This document shows positions 36,801 through 51,108 of a stretch of DNA of 64,000 nucleotides, piece by piece. Positions within the stretch are counted from its first letter, which is position 1; the number at the start of each line of letters is the position of its first letter. A program made the position numbers and the translations under genes. The DNA comes from Mytilus edulis (lineage: Eukaryota): the NCBI RefSeq assembly GCF_963676685.1, contig NC_092344.1:115196001-115260000 (forward strand), in the 5' to 3' direction. The notes beneath the pieces were generated by a model that was not told where the DNA came from, did no database searches, and saw only the letters and a list, made by a program, of their open reading frames with translations.

Positions 36801-39800
36801 TATAGCTAAAACCGAATATAAATATACGTCCAAAGTAAGCTCTCGTTTGAGAACTGTGTAAAGTTGGTTAGATTCAAACAAGCTACCCTTTGGCAACAAA
36901 CGTATAGAATGAAGATGTTTTATTAAAAAATATTATGTTCTCTCCATTCAAATTGCTACCCAAGCATCAGAGAAACCTGAAAATTCTTTGAAATAACTAA
37001 GATATAAAAACTTGAACTCAGCATCGGAATCATTGTTAATTGTTCTGTTCAATGTATTGTTGTTTGATAATTTTGTTCAATTGTGTAAACAAATGTATAT
37101 GTTCATTTTATGAAAACTCACTTACTCACTTACTTACTTATCGTATGGTAGAAGGCCCGACATGAAAACGCTAAATCTCCCGCATGACCGAAGCGAAACA
37201 AACGTCATGGGTTATGCTAATCCCAATAAACGAAAACAAAAAAACCAGTATGGCCATTATAGCTGATGGCAACTAACAACAACCATATTGTATTAAAGGT
37301 TTCTGAGTTTGGAAAGGTGCAACGGCATGAAAAAGTATGCGGGATTAAATATGTGCGGAGATCCGAGTGTTAAACGTTTTAAACCGTATTCCTTTACATG
37401 CAATAGTAGTGTAACAGTTCAATCTAAAAATCAATTTGAAAGGACTCGACTCTCAGTCGGACCAATATTAATAAGACCCATTGATATTCGGGGCCGGAGG
37501 ACTGAGGATTTCGGGATTTTCAGTATTTGAGCTATCATGGTATGTCAGTTTTTCAAGTTTTTATTTTTGTAAACATTGGTTTCTTCAACTGTTCTGCAAT
37601 TTTTGTTAAAGAATTTCCGTTTTTTCCTGTCTTAAACATATTTCCTAGTCTTGGGCAGTCATTTATCATAGTTTTCCAGCCCGCCGACCAAGTAAGTCAT
37701 TTTTAAAGTTCCCCCTCCCTCCGGTCCAACCTCCAACAGAAAATTAAATTGGTCAACCCCTAAGCTCAATAAGTGAAGACTTTATACAATAAACTTTTTC
37801 AAAAAAGAAAAAAAATAATCACGTTTATTCATAAAACGGCGGCAAATTGTGTTTATTTCGCACTATGACAACAAGGGCGACAACCACTTCTAAAAAAGTA
37901 AGTGTAAATACAAACATTCCATACATCGATTAGTTGTACACACGACATACATTTTGGGAATGAGAGTTATTATACGCGGAGTTCGCCCGTCCTTCCATAA
38001 CTCTTTCATTTATAAAGTTCATGAAAATTCAGATCTGTTGACTCGCTTTTGACGAAGAACATTTGTCGAAAAAAGTAATTACAGAAACATATACGGTTTC
38101 TACGAATTCCGTATTTAAGAGGCAAAAATCCATGCTCAGCTTGGTCAGAGCTTATATATATATATATGCTTGCACGGAAAATACGTCAAAACTATCTTCT
38201 TGTATATATTAACTCTCTGTTTTACTTGATATTCCCGATTTAGTATACACATTTATGATATAATTGGTTGACGACTTTTAAAAAAGTATTTCTTGACGAT
38301 CACTGCAAAGTGTTTGAATTTTATATGAAAAATACCGAGCACGCAAAATAAGCATTTGAAAATCACGATGCACGTAAAATTAAATTAGCAGAACACGTTG
38401 AACGAGGCACCTGTCTTGCACGACTGTACGTCAAATAAAAAAAGTAAAAACACGTTGAACGTCAAATAAAAAACGGCGACCACGTTGCACGAAAATAACC
38501 TTTTACCACCCTCTTATACCGAGGGCTATGGCATATTTTCATAAATTCCCACTTTAAGCAAAGACAATACTTAACTGAGGTTCCTTTTGCCTTTCTTTGA
38601 GTCCCTCGAGGGACAGTGAACATCCTTTGAATTCCCTGACTCAAACGTGCTTGGTCTCCAGTAAACGACCGTATAGTGGAAATAACCGAGATCATCATGG
38701 TAACATACTCTCTTCAGCAATAAAGGAAAAAGCTTTTTAAAATAGGGTGTATAATATATAAAAGATGAAGTGACGATAATATGTTACAATCAAACTTGTA
38801 TTCACACTGAAAAAAAAAATGAAACAGATGTATATCCCACAGCTGTTTTTCGTACGCCGTCTGAAATGTGAAACCCGCATTCAGCATTCATTTACAGTAA
38901 ATATAGTACTAGAAAATGTGGCTGAGTTGCTTGCATTATTAATCCGGGCAGAATGGTATATAAGAATAAGAATAAGAATATTTTATTTCCAATTAAAGGG
39001 CCCTATAAATAACTTTCATGACATTACATACAAGTACATACGATTAGACATAAATAAGAGACATATAAGAAAACAACGGTGTTTAATACTATTAAAAATT
39101 ATAAAGGACCAGGACAGAACCAGATAGTAGACATATACATGCATTAATGACAATCTGATTAAACTTCAGATCATATGATGATGATGATACGTACGAGGAT
39201 TACGAACTATTTATTTTATGGCGGTCAATTTTTATTGGTAAAGGAATACGTTGTGCAAGTAGAGACCACGACACTGACCCGGCTTCGGTAGAAAAACGTA
39301 AACAGGGATCTTTTTTTTTTAATAAGATTGGAATGAATGAATGAATAATAGAATGAATGTGTATATAATGTAAAATAGTGTAAACATGTGCAACATATGC
39401 CACGAAATAGAAGTTCCTTTTTAAATTCAAAATGGAAGACATATTCTGTAATAGTATTTCCACTGGAACAAATATTGCAGTATTGGTTTCTAACGAAATA
39501 AAGGATATGGAATATTTGTTCCAACAGGAACAGATATCATACCATTGTTAATAACAAAGTTCCCAGAGAAACTTCTGTTAAGATGAACGAATATACAACC
39601 TCGCATCCTCGTCAAAGACCAAATCGAAACCTGAGATCTATATTTTCGTAAAGGAGAAAATGGAAGGAACAATTTTGATTGCAAAAAAAAAAAACCCCAG
39701 GCCAAAATAAAATAGTGATGCATAAGCCGTTCGCAGGTTTTAGAACTATGAGTAGACCACAGTTCTGCGTTTCTTAAGGTTACCGGAAACGCAGAATGTT

Positions 39801-40072
39801 AAAATTCAGTCAGGGTTCGCCTAAAGTATGAATCTGATTTTAAATTAGATCTAATAGATGTTGATACTATTTTTCTCCACAAGTAAGAAAACCACCAGTC
39901 CACTGTAGTGGTGATACGCACAACAGACAAATAGGTGTATACAAGGGAAAACGGATACATTTAAAAAGATTTTTTTACTGTTATTTTGTTGGAAAGCATG
40001 CAGGTTTCATCAGATATCTATATTTTATATGTTAAAACCCTTGAAAATAATTTATTTTGTAGCAATGACTAC

Positions 40073-41755
40073 ATGATAATGGACGAGCTTTGGAAAGACA
40101 AAATATTTTGGACTCAAGAGAAATGCAGAGAAAAAGAAGTTGAGCCCGAGAAAAGCGACAGTGATTTTGGTCAGACTATTAACATCAAAGAAATTCGTGT
40201 TCCAGACAGTCAAACGACAGGACTTGAAGATGAAGAGGCTGATAAACTGAGCGAAGGAAAACCAGAGGAAGTGGACGCTTTCAAGTCGATAGAAAATAAA
40301 GTCATAGGGTTGTACTTTGCTGCAGACTGGTGTATTCCGTGCCAAGAGTTCACATTTTTATTAAAACAAACCTATGAAGAACTGAAAGAGCGTATATCAC
40401 CATTTGAAATTGTCTTTGTCAGTTTTGATAAGAAAATAGACGATATGAAGACTTTCTTCTCAGAAAAGCATGGTGATTGGTTATCTGTGCCATATAAGGA
40501 TCCGTTAGTTGAGTAAGTTTAGACCAATTCTACAACTTGGGAGATAATATTGTAATATCTCAGACTTAAGCAACCACAACCCATCACTCAGATTATCTCC
40601 GGTGTTTGATTATACTCATTTTATCATATGTACTTCTTAAACACATTTTCATCAATACGAATAACTAGCAGAGTATTAAAACTTGTGTGTTGATTTAAAT
40701 GTTGAATACTTAAACTTTCTTATTTTTTTTTCTTCTGGAGTACCTGTATGCACTTTGCTCTTTTATTCTATATACCCCCCCCCCCCCCCCCCCCTGGAAT
40801 CCCTCTGACAGACTGAGTGAGCGTAAAATCACTGTTATCGATAGTCGATGGCAAACAAGTTAAATGATTCAGTATTATTACTAACATAAGTATTGCGGGT
40901 GTTCACACTGTTTTGAAAATGATTCTATATTTTTACTTTGCAAAATCAATGCAAGCCAAACGCACACTGCATATTTGATTTCACACGTAAGTTTTAGGGT
41001 TAGCAAGAGTCTTGCTTTAATTAACTTTTAGTTTATTGTTGCATTTGACAAATGTTCAAAAGAAGTCCAAACACTTTCTAAATAATGTAATATAAGTTGG
41101 GTCACGATGGTCCCTACTAACTTGTCTCTGAACGTCGGAAAGAGAATTTTGGAACCAGATCGTTTTCAGATCTCATCTTAGTTTCAAGCATGTTGGTAAA
41201 ATACCAATCTAATTAAAAACCGATCTCTCATCGCTCCTGTTTCTAATATGTCGCGATTTTAATTAGATTGGTAAAATACAAATAGGATATTGGAATGGAT
41301 GTAGAGATGTGCACAAAAAAAAATAAAACAAGACACGTTTACGTGTACGAATCACTGCAGATACTTGTTTCAACATTCTGTGAAAACTTATACGCCTCAC
41401 AAAAAATTAACAGTTCAGCTTCCATTTTCAACTCTTGTATTATTTACCTGAATATCTATTTATTTTATATTCTAGTGTACTAAAATCAAAATACGAAATA
41501 AAGGCGATTCCAAAGCTGATTATAATTAGAGACAATGGAACGATAATAACAGAGAAAGGACGCAAGGACATTCAAGACAAGGGCATTATATGCTTTCGGG
41601 GGTGGTTGCAGAAGGCTAACCTGTCTGCAACAAAACCATCTGAAAAAACTTTAGACAGTGAGAAACAGGATGAGACAAAACTAGTTGAGAATAGCATTGA
41701 GAAAGAGAAAACCGTCAGTTTTAAAGAGAACGTCTCGAGTATTACTATTGAGTGA
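40073..41755 (+). CDS. NXNL2: Nucleoredoxin-like single-thioredoxin-domain protein; exons ~40073-40512 and 41476-41755
   Basis: KVIGLYFAADWCIPCQEFT…FEIVFVSFD…HGDWLSVPY | IPKLIII…KGRKDIQDKGIICFRGW; phase-2 GT/AG intron. Start uncertain (acceptor at 40062). Confidence 0.82.
41205..41270. mobile_element. 66-bp MITE, same family as 15019-15118, in the NXNL intron
   Basis: CAATCTAATTAAAA...TTTTAATTAGATTG; perfect 9-bp TSD GTAAAATAC. Confidence 0.8.
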
Positions 41756-42537
41756 ATTATAGTATCATGAGTATATCTGGAAGTTTTTTATGACAGAGAA
41801 AGATTAACTCAATGTTATCTGTATAAGTTGATATCATTAGAAATCGTCATCTGATTTCATAGTCACAGGAGGCCTCGGTGGTTTTTATGAAATGTTCACT
41901 GATATTTATTGCCAATTTTTTTTTTATATCTTGCCATAAATTTAAATTCTTACCAAAAACCGATTTTCAGGAAATTCGAGTGTGAATTCTTGCCAGACTT
42001 TCATTTCATTGTCATACTACACTTATAGAAGAAGAATGCACGAGACACCACTCCCCAGATATGAATGCATATATTTATAGGCTAGACAAAATAATATTAA
42101 AGCAGTATACTGACAACCGTAATCAACTACTTTTCCATTCTGAAAATATTGTTCTGGTTGAACAGTTATGCTTCATGTGCTTTTAAAACAATGTATATGT
42201 CAGTTTCCTGCCATTTAATATTTTCTTATTTTTATGTAATGTTTTTTTTACTGTATTATTATCAATGTTTATCAATAAATCTGAATTAGATTGAATTAAA
42301 TGATCTGTTTCAAGTGTAAACATTGTCAATTCAGTCGTTCAAACATAGGAACCTTTTTTGTGATTATTGAAATTTTTCAATCAGAATTGAGGATTATTTT
42401 TGTTTGGTACTGGAAATTCTGTATTGTCTTACCTAAACTGAATTAGGTAAGAAGTGTTTTTCGAACTCCCACGGCTTGCTACTGGAAGATGCCGGATTCT
42501 CTGTTTGCTATATCACGGCTCTTCCTAAGGTAGTTGA

Positions 42538-43566
42538 GTCGACTGTAGATGTTTTGGTGTGGTACTTGGACCATCCTCTTCATGCTGCTGTGTCGACTGT
42601 AGATGTTTTGGTGTCGTACTTGGACCATCCTCTTCATGCTGCTGTGTCGACTGTAGATGTTTTGGTGTCGTACTTGGACCATCCTCTTCATGCTGCTGTG
42701 TCGACTGTAGATGTTTTGGTGTCGTACTTGGACCATCCTCTTCATGCTGCTGTGTCGACTGTAGATGTTTTGGTGTCGTACTTGGACCATCCTCTTCATG
42801 CTGCTGTGTCGACTGTAGATGTTTTGGTGTCGTACTTGGACCATCCTCTTCATGCTGCTGTGTCGACTGTAGATGTTTTGGTGTCGTACTTGGACCATCC
42901 TCTTCATGCTGCTGTGTCGACTGTAGATGTTTTGGTGTCGTACTTGGACCATCCTCTTCATGCTGCTGTGTCGACTGTAGATGTTTTGGTGTCGTACTTG
43001 GACCATCCTCTTCATGCTGCTGTGTCGACTGTAGATGTTTTGGTGTCGTACTTGGACCATCCTCTTCATGCTGCTGTGTCGACTGTAGATGTTTTGGTGT
43101 GGTACTTGGACCATCCTCTTCATGCTGCTGTGTCGACTGTAGATGTTTTGGTGTGGTACTTGGACCATCCTCTTCATGCTGCTGTGTCGACTGTAGATGT
43201 TTTGGTGTGGTACTTGGACCATCCTCTTCATGCTGCTGTGTCGACTGTAGATGTTTTGGTGTCGTACTTGGACCATCCTCTTCATGCTGCTGTGTCGACT
43301 GTAGATGTTTTGGTGTCGTACTTGGACCATCCTCTTCATGCTGCTGTGTCGACTGTAGATGTTTTGGTGTCGTACTTGGACCATCCTCTTCATGCTGCTG
43401 TGTCGACTGTAGATGTTTTGGTGTCGTACTTGGACCATCCTCTTCATGCTGCAGTGTCGACTGTAGATGTTTTAGTGTCGTACTTGGACCATACTCTACA
43501 TGCTGCTGTGTCGACTGTAGATGTTTTGGTGTCGTACTTGGACCATCCTCTTCATGCTGCTGTGTC
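42538..43566. repeat. Minisatellite, 54-bp unit x 19, near-perfect
   Basis: GTCGACTGTAGATGTTTTGGTGTCGTACTTGGACCATCCTCTTCATGCTGCTGT; no spacers. Confidence 0.97.
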
Positions 43567-44853
43567 ATACTTCGATAAAGTAGCGATTCCATACTGAGTT
43601 GCCGAATTATGTGGTGACGTAGTCTTTAAATGAATTGGTGTTGGTCATATTATTAAGTCGAAATAGTCCATCAGGTTCTCTAGTGCATGTGATACAAAAG
43701 GAAGGCCTGTTCTGTGTACAAGGTAGTGATTGTTCATACAAAAGTATTAAATTAGATCAAATAATTTTTCCATTTGAAGATTACATTCATGGGTTTAAAA
43801 TTAAATAAGCAATTTAATATCTTATTTTCTGATATTTCACTATTGTCTCAAGTGTGATACATTCTGTATGCGTCTGTCCAAAGACCGGAGCCTCTAAGTC
43901 AGTTGTAGTTGGATACTTTCTGTCATAATTGTTTTTCTTTTGTAGTGTTATCATAAATAAGGGGATAATTCTCGGCTGAAATGCTTTACATTTTTTCATA
44001 TCGGTACTCTTTATGGTACATACGACATGCGTTTTTATCATATTTCTTATTTTGTGTATGTCTATTTCAGGAATGAATTGACGTAAAATGAGTATAAAGT
44101 TGTCGAATAAAAACTGCATCTCACTTGTCAGAATGAGATTGAAGTTCTATTAAACCCACGAAAAGTAATATTTACTACGGCATAGCTTGAAAGACTTCAA
44201 GAAGGTGAACACATTTTCATATCTTTTCTAAAGTAATGGAGATTATGGTATAACGACTCAACTGCCAAAAATAAAGATATTATTACCAACATTTAGAAAA
44301 CCCCAAACACAATATTAATTAATTAATTCCAACCACTTCAAACCGTACAGAAACAACCAGGACAAACACGTAACTTGGCCGTAACACTTTGAAAAACATG
44401 GAACCACCTGTATAATCAGTTACATCGTTCATTGGTATACAGAAAATGTTTATCATTCAACACGAGACTGAAACATAAAAGGTGATCCATATGACCAAGG
44501 GGACCTCAACATCTTTCAGGACCGAGAGATAAAATTTCTGAAAAAAAATGACAGAAAATATCGTTCATCGTCAAAATAAATTGAACAGATTGTCATCAGA
44601 TAATCAAAGGTGCTATTTCGTTATGTTATCAAGTTTTGGCGTCTGTCATATGTCGTGCCATCGTCTTTGTTCAGCGACTGCTTAAACGTTATTTGTCATG
44701 TGAATTCTTCACTTATTAAGTTATTATGAATAATATGTTGGGTATATATATATAGTTCTATAGCAACATCTACATGTCACCTGACCTTGAACTAACTATA
44801 TTTATCAGTGATCAAGGTTAAAGACTTAAGTTACGTAATTAGTATAAAAAAGA

Positions 44854-46713
44854 CTAGAACACAACCGCGAAATCGCGGGTATATACAGCTTGTAAACTGT
44901 TGTAGGATGATTTTTTGTAAAAGATATTATGACTGGAGAATTTAATTTAAGGTATCAAAAGCCCTCTCCCTTTTTCCAAAGTCCGTTATGTGTGTCCTTT
45001 CTCTTAAATTCAATCATTTTCGTGTTTCTGGCCTTATATCACAATTATTCTTCTCCTTTGCTACAATGCATTTTTTGGTAAAAGTCAAATTGAATTAAAA
45101 ATTTGCACCGATTCAAACTTGAAATAAATGAAACTGCTTTAATATAGACCATTATCATTCTAATAAAATGTGCTTCTAGGACAATCCATCAGTACTTTTC
45201 CTTTTGAGAGCCCTATTAACATGCCAATGGTAGGATTTGAATCTCGTATAAATGACTAAAGCTCATTTGAGGGGTGGTCTGAGGGGCCCTGATTCCGAAA
45301 TCCCGGGCTTAAAACATGAAATCCCGAGGTGCGTATTTTAACCTAACTTATATCCCGACATTCCGAAATTAAAAAAAAAAATATTCCAGCATCCCGTAAA
45401 GATCAATCCCGACGTCCCGAGCTTAAAAACACCCGATCCCGACGTCCCGAATAAGTCCTGCCTCCCACTAATGTCTACCCTATTTTCATTTTGGCCAAAT
45501 CACTACTTTCACTTTCAACAATTATTATAAATTTGTATGCCCAATTTATGGGAATTATGTTTTCTAGTCTGTCCGTCCGTCCGTTCGTTTGTCCGTCCTT
45601 CTGTCCGGCTACAGGTTAAAGTTTTCACTTTCAACAATAAATTTTTATGCTTCATTTATGGGAATTATGTTTTCTAGTCTGTTCGTCCGTTCGTCCGTTC
45701 GTCCGTCCGTCTGTCCCGCTTCAGGTTAAAGTTTTTGTCGAGGTAGTATTTGCCAGATGAAGTTGAAGTCCAACCAACTCGAAACTTAGAAAATATGTCA
45801 CCTATGATCCATGTATGATCTTTCTAATTTTAATTCCAAATTAGAGATTTTACCCCATTTCACGGTTCACTAAACATAGCAAATGATAGTGCCGATGTGG
45901 CATCCGTATAATATGGACACATTCTTGTTTCCACATGTTTTACTTATTTCAATATATATGCAACTGGTATGATAACCCTTAGATAGTAAATATTTCAGAA
46001 AAAAAGTAGACAGAATACAGAGAGTCTCTGTATATTATATTGTTGACATCAATAATGTGGTCATTTTTACAAATATCCTGTTTACAAAATTTGGAATTTT
46101 TCGAAAAACTAAGGATTTTCTTATCCCAGGCATAGATTACATAAGCCGTATTTCGAACAACTTTTTGGAAATTTTTGACCCTCAATGCTCTTCAATTTGA
46201 AATTTTTTGGCTTTATAAATATTTTGATATGAGCGTCACTGATGAGTCTTATGTAGACGAAAAGCGCGTCTGGCATACTAAATTATAATCCTGGTATCTT
46301 TGATAACTATATATAGTAGTATAATCGTAGTTTACATGTGGATAAACGCGAAAAATAATTGTCTCTATAATAGTTGTGGTTCTTGCAATTTAAAAACCAT
46401 GATATGGAGAACGCTCTGATTGGCTTATTTATTTTTCAATTTTTGTAATCTATCATACGATTAGTTTTTCTTGTGCATGTTTAAAACCCGAAGTCTTATC
46501 TATGGCTTAAAGTCAGTCTAATAACGGAAACAATATCCGGACACCTATTTTGTCGTTTTTCTCCCAAAATAACTCAATCTGAATAATCATAAGAATGGAT
46601 GACAAATGCGACTATGCATGTTACCTAAAGAACACAGAAGCATGATGATTTATTTATTGTGGAAGGAAGAGAAGCGACACACAAAAAGAGGTCTTCTCGT
46701 TTAATAGTATAGA
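44854..46713 (-). mobile_element. Non-autonomous Helitron with nested repeats
   Basis: On - strand: 5' TCTATACTATTAAA; 3' hairpin CCGCGATTTCGCGG followed by CTAG. No TSD; removal restores the AAAAAGAAGATGTGG dispersed-repeat start. Confidence 0.75.
45530..45930 (+). mobile_element. HINE/DINE-like element with duplicated head and (GTCC/GTTC)n microsatellite
   Basis: TTTATGGGAATTATGTTTTCTAGTCTG-(GTCC)n present twice. Confidence 0.55.
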
Positions 46714-48079
46714 AGATGTGGAAGTTTGCCAATGAGACAACTCTCCACAAGAGACCAAAATAACACGTGACCGAATATGTAGACAGCTTTCTAACAGGCA
46801 AAACACACTATCTGTAAAAATATAAGGGACGAGATGCTTTTCTCAGATATAATAATCAATGGTTTTTGTCAGTAGGTCAACTACACGGGTGTCAGTCGGT
46901 TTAACGAGAGAAATGATCGTGAAAGATCGGGTCAAGTATTGCGAGACGATCGTGAAAGCTCTGGTAACGGATCGTGAAAAGAAATTTAATCGAGAAGACA
47001 TATGAAAAGTCAGTACATAATCTTATTTAATTAATTACACAGACAAATTTACAACAAAATAAAACTGTCTGTTCAACATTATGATCGGTATGTGAGAAAA
47101 TCCAGTTTTAAAAAGTACATAGTTTTTACAAAACAACAAAAGGCAGATTGCTACTCGACATTTCAATGAAATAAAAAAATGTAAACAAACATGATTTTTT
47201 TTCTCACAAGTGCGAATAAAATAAACTACTTCTATCTGTATAAGGGCATTCTATTTGAATGAATCAAATGGTTCTCATAGTTATTTTCTATAAACATAAT
47301 CTAAAACTTCGTAAAAAAAAGATACATTCACACAAAATAGATTTTTCGGATCGTGAAAGATCATGTACCGTTTTTTGAAGATCGTGAAAGATGTGATGCT
47401 ACAATGACGTTCAAATAATTTTTTCAAATTATATGATAATTAATATTTGTTATTTGATTGAGAAAAACTAGATTAGCCAATATCCTCAAAAAAATAAGCA
47501 TTTCAAAGTATTAATATTTTCAAAAGAGTAAATTTTTTATTATCCACCAATGTATGTATATTGTTATTATCCTGCAAGTAACACCCGTCACTTGAAACTT
47601 TTGTTTTGAACCTCTAGGCATAAAGACAATCCATATTATCGCTTGCTCAAGATATATAAGCGGGGTAACATGAGATTTTATTTGTACAAACAAACTATTA
47701 TTTGTGCCTGTGAACATGTTATTTGTATAATAGTTGACTGGTCGTAGGTTTAGGGTTTTATTGTCATGTGAAGTACTCACTAATCACTAGTTTTTTTTTA
47801 TAAATATTTTGTATATTGGATCCTATAATCTACATGTCCGTCAGACAGGATTCATCTGACCTTAACTTTACCTCATTTCATGGATGAAGATTTAGTTTTG
47901 TTATCAAGTCCGTATCGCGGATACGTTTAAGCTTTAGGATAACTGTCTGTTGTTATGATAAGAATTGTAAGGTGTAAATTTTCGACTTCTGCAAGGTTTC
48001 AAATAACATTGACCTCATTATCATGCATCATTTGGCAATGTTCGTTTTATGTTGTTTGGCCTTTTTTGTATACCTGTAT

Positions 48080-48115
48080 CAGAGACATATAATACAATTG
48101 TATTATATGTCTCTG
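48080..48115. mobile_element. 36-bp perfect palindromic mini-transposon (P-like)
   Basis: CAGAGACATATAATACAATTGTATTATATGTCTCTG flanked by CCTGTAT on both sides. Confidence 0.75.
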
Positions 48116-50259
48116 CCTGTATGCTATAGCGCCACGGTATTTGGTGTATGGTGTCTGTCTGTATGTCTGTTTCATATATGACGTCAATTGTATTTGATAT
48201 TTTGAATGATAGTATTAAGATGTCTATTTTTGGCTGTCATTGTTCATATACTTTCGACCTTATGTTCCGAATTAATTTGCCAAACACAACTTTTACATTT
48301 GTCAGTTTCAAAGGTACTGTAAGGATCGGAACACCTATATTTGGTGTACGGGATGTTTGTAGAGATTTTTATGGCATGGTTCATCTAACCTTGTCACCTT
48401 TTTATGAACCATTGACAATCTTAAGCGTATTTGACACTCCTAGTAAAAACCCTTAATATTACAGACGTTCAACAAATATACTATCATAAGTAAGGCAGAC
48501 GAGACATTTCATTATTTGTGCTTTGGTATTCTTTAGTCAGTAGTATATAGTTATCTCGTTGGAAATCAATCCACATCTACTACGTTGTATATAAAGATAC
48601 ATAGAACGTAAGAAAGTACTGTTACACAAAATGTTGGTTATCGTTTAATCTCAAATTGTTCATGAAAGATGCTGTTTTTGCTATAAGTTTTTGGTTGATG
48701 GTTAACATTTTGGTTTAAACGTCGCATACCCATTTTATTGGCTAAATAGTGGCTGTTTGCCCTGAATTGGTCTGATTCTCAGAGCTGATTTTTTTCACAC
48801 TGATTTAGATACGTTTTGAGTTGGGTTTTATTTTTTAACTTTCGAGGTAAAGTTTTGAATTAAAAAAAAATAGCTTTAATGTTCATTTTTATCAAAATAG
48901 TAACTGGCTTCAACCAGTTGCAGGTATATCAATGGTTAAAAGAAATATTGATTTTTGAGTAGTAATATATAGTATGGTCTTAAGCGGTGCTTAAAAATGG
49001 CATTAATACAGAAATTTATAAAAAATATTTGATATTGACCTTCTTTTTCATGATGATTCATTGGTCAATGCTAAGTTTCAAGTTATGTTTCGGTCTGTTT
49101 TTCAAGTACAATATTGAGTAGGTCAACTATTTCTTCATGGAAAGATTGTTATGTGAATATGTTTGTCTATCTGACAGGTGTCATCCGACCTTGACCTCCA
49201 CTACCTGTTTTATTCCCAATTTGGTCAATGTTAAGTGTTTGTGCGCTTTGGTCTGTTTTTCAATTACCATAAACAATATGTCAACAATACTTGCTGTATG
49301 TGTAAAGCAAATTATTGTCTAATGAAATGTTGTCCACCAAGACAATAGTTCATGACTACTTATGTATCATGAAATATTGTCAGGAGAACTTGAGGAAATA
49401 TTTTCACTGTGAAATTTTGCCTGAATATAAACAATGTTTCACAGATGAATACAAAGAAATTTTGTTCTGGCAAAGGGAAGTTACCATATACCATATATGA
49501 CAATATTTCATAGCCAGGTTGACACGAAGTTTTGCCTCATGAAGAGGAGGTAATCAATGGAAAATTTCAAATGATATACAGGTTTTGGACAAGAACATTT
49601 CAATTATTCCTGTACCTCCAAAACGCTGTCAAAAGATCCGTCAATTTGGTATTAAATTGTACAAATACTACTAGTACATTCAATTTTGGATTGTCATAAA
49701 CATTACTTAAATCTATACAGTATAATGTTGTACAATGGGACATATATTAGACAATTCTTTAATCTATTAATACTTTATTAAGTATCTGTTTAAATTTAAA
49801 TCTAGTTTATATCAAAATAAATGCTACATTGTAGTTTGAAATAGTACTTGTTTTACAAAATAATTTCAGTTATAATCTAAATATATGCTAATAAAACCAA
49901 TTTTTTTATAGAAAAACAACAGACTTTAATAAAGAGATTTTTATTACAATATTTTAAACATAGATTGATCACTTCTTTTCCTACGTGCTAGCGTTTATTG
50001 TTTACGAAAAGTCCTAAAATAACCTTTTAATAAAAAAAAAAAACCTTCTTGCTGAGTCACTCAAAGTCGAGCGCACCCTATAAGATCATAGAAGGTGTAC
50101 TTGAATTGGTCCATATTTTTATTTTATCAACAATTATAAACTTGTTTTCAGGAAATCAGGCGAGAAGTTTATGTATATAATGTCTTTGGCAGATATATAT
50201 TTTGTAGAGAAGAAAAATTGTGAGATAAATATTAAAGGACATTAAATTTTGTTTTCCGG

Positions 50260-50655
50260 AATAGACCACTTTCGAGTTCATCCGTCACCGGTAAAAACTC
50301 GTCAATTATGCACGCCTTTATGACGTCACTTACCAGATAGAGGGGCTCGCCTGTATCCCTGCACTATTTACGTTCATCAAGCGTCTTAGTGATCGTCTTT
50401 GTGCAGGATAAACTAGAAATAATGGTTGCTCTGTAGGTACTTACTGACAATTCCCTAATGACAGCAGTGTTGATTGTCAATTTTGAGAATTCAATTTGCC
50501 GAATAAATCGTACAATATAGAATTATAGTTTTCCTACCACTCGCTCAACATTGGGAGGAAGTGACGACGCCCCTAAACGCAAAAATGACGGTGATAAAGG
50601 CGCGTATAATTGACGAGTTTTTTCCGGTGACGGATGAACTCGAAAGTGGTCTATT
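50260..50655. mobile_element. MITE with ~60-bp TIRs
   Basis: AATAGACCACTTTCGAGTTCATCCGTCACCGG...CCGGTGACGGATGAACTCGAAAGTGGTCTATT. Confidence 0.85.
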
Positions 50656-51108
50656 GCAATAACTAACCGTATTTGTTATGAACACATTTACGCATGCGCT
50701 GCATTCCAATGTTTTGTTTCCTGTTCAAGTCTTGTCTCGTTGAAAAATATCAACAAAAGCCTTTTCTACGTTAAATTAGACTTCTACATCTAACATTAGG
50801 ATATTATAATGAGTAACTTTAACATAAAGTAGAAATACACCGCACAAGAAATGATAGAATTACAAACAAACCGTTGAAACACGAATGTTTTGGAGGTTGC
50901 CATAAACGCCGAAAATCTCCATGCAGTGATATTTGAGACTACAAATATATAAAGATATATATTCAGAGTATTTTTTTAAGGTGAACAAATTACTAAAAAA
51001 TGATTGAAATCATTATAGATGCACACGACCCACCAAGCTGACACCAATTGTCAATGATTGTTGCTAAACATAAGTTGAGCACAGGAGTTTGAAATCCTAT
51101 CAATAAGG

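Noticed and set aside
38960-39830. LINE 3' remnant ending in (TTCTTA)n
   Set aside because: The tail is suggestive but no RT motifs could be read with confidence
17419-41755. Functional redox gene cluster (GPX4 + nucleoredoxin-like)
   Set aside because: Separated by another gene and ~17 kb; no evidence of co-regulation or conserved synteny from sequence alone
42538-43566. CRISPR array
   Set aside because: Head-to-tail identical units with no unique spacers, no cas genes, eukaryotic context
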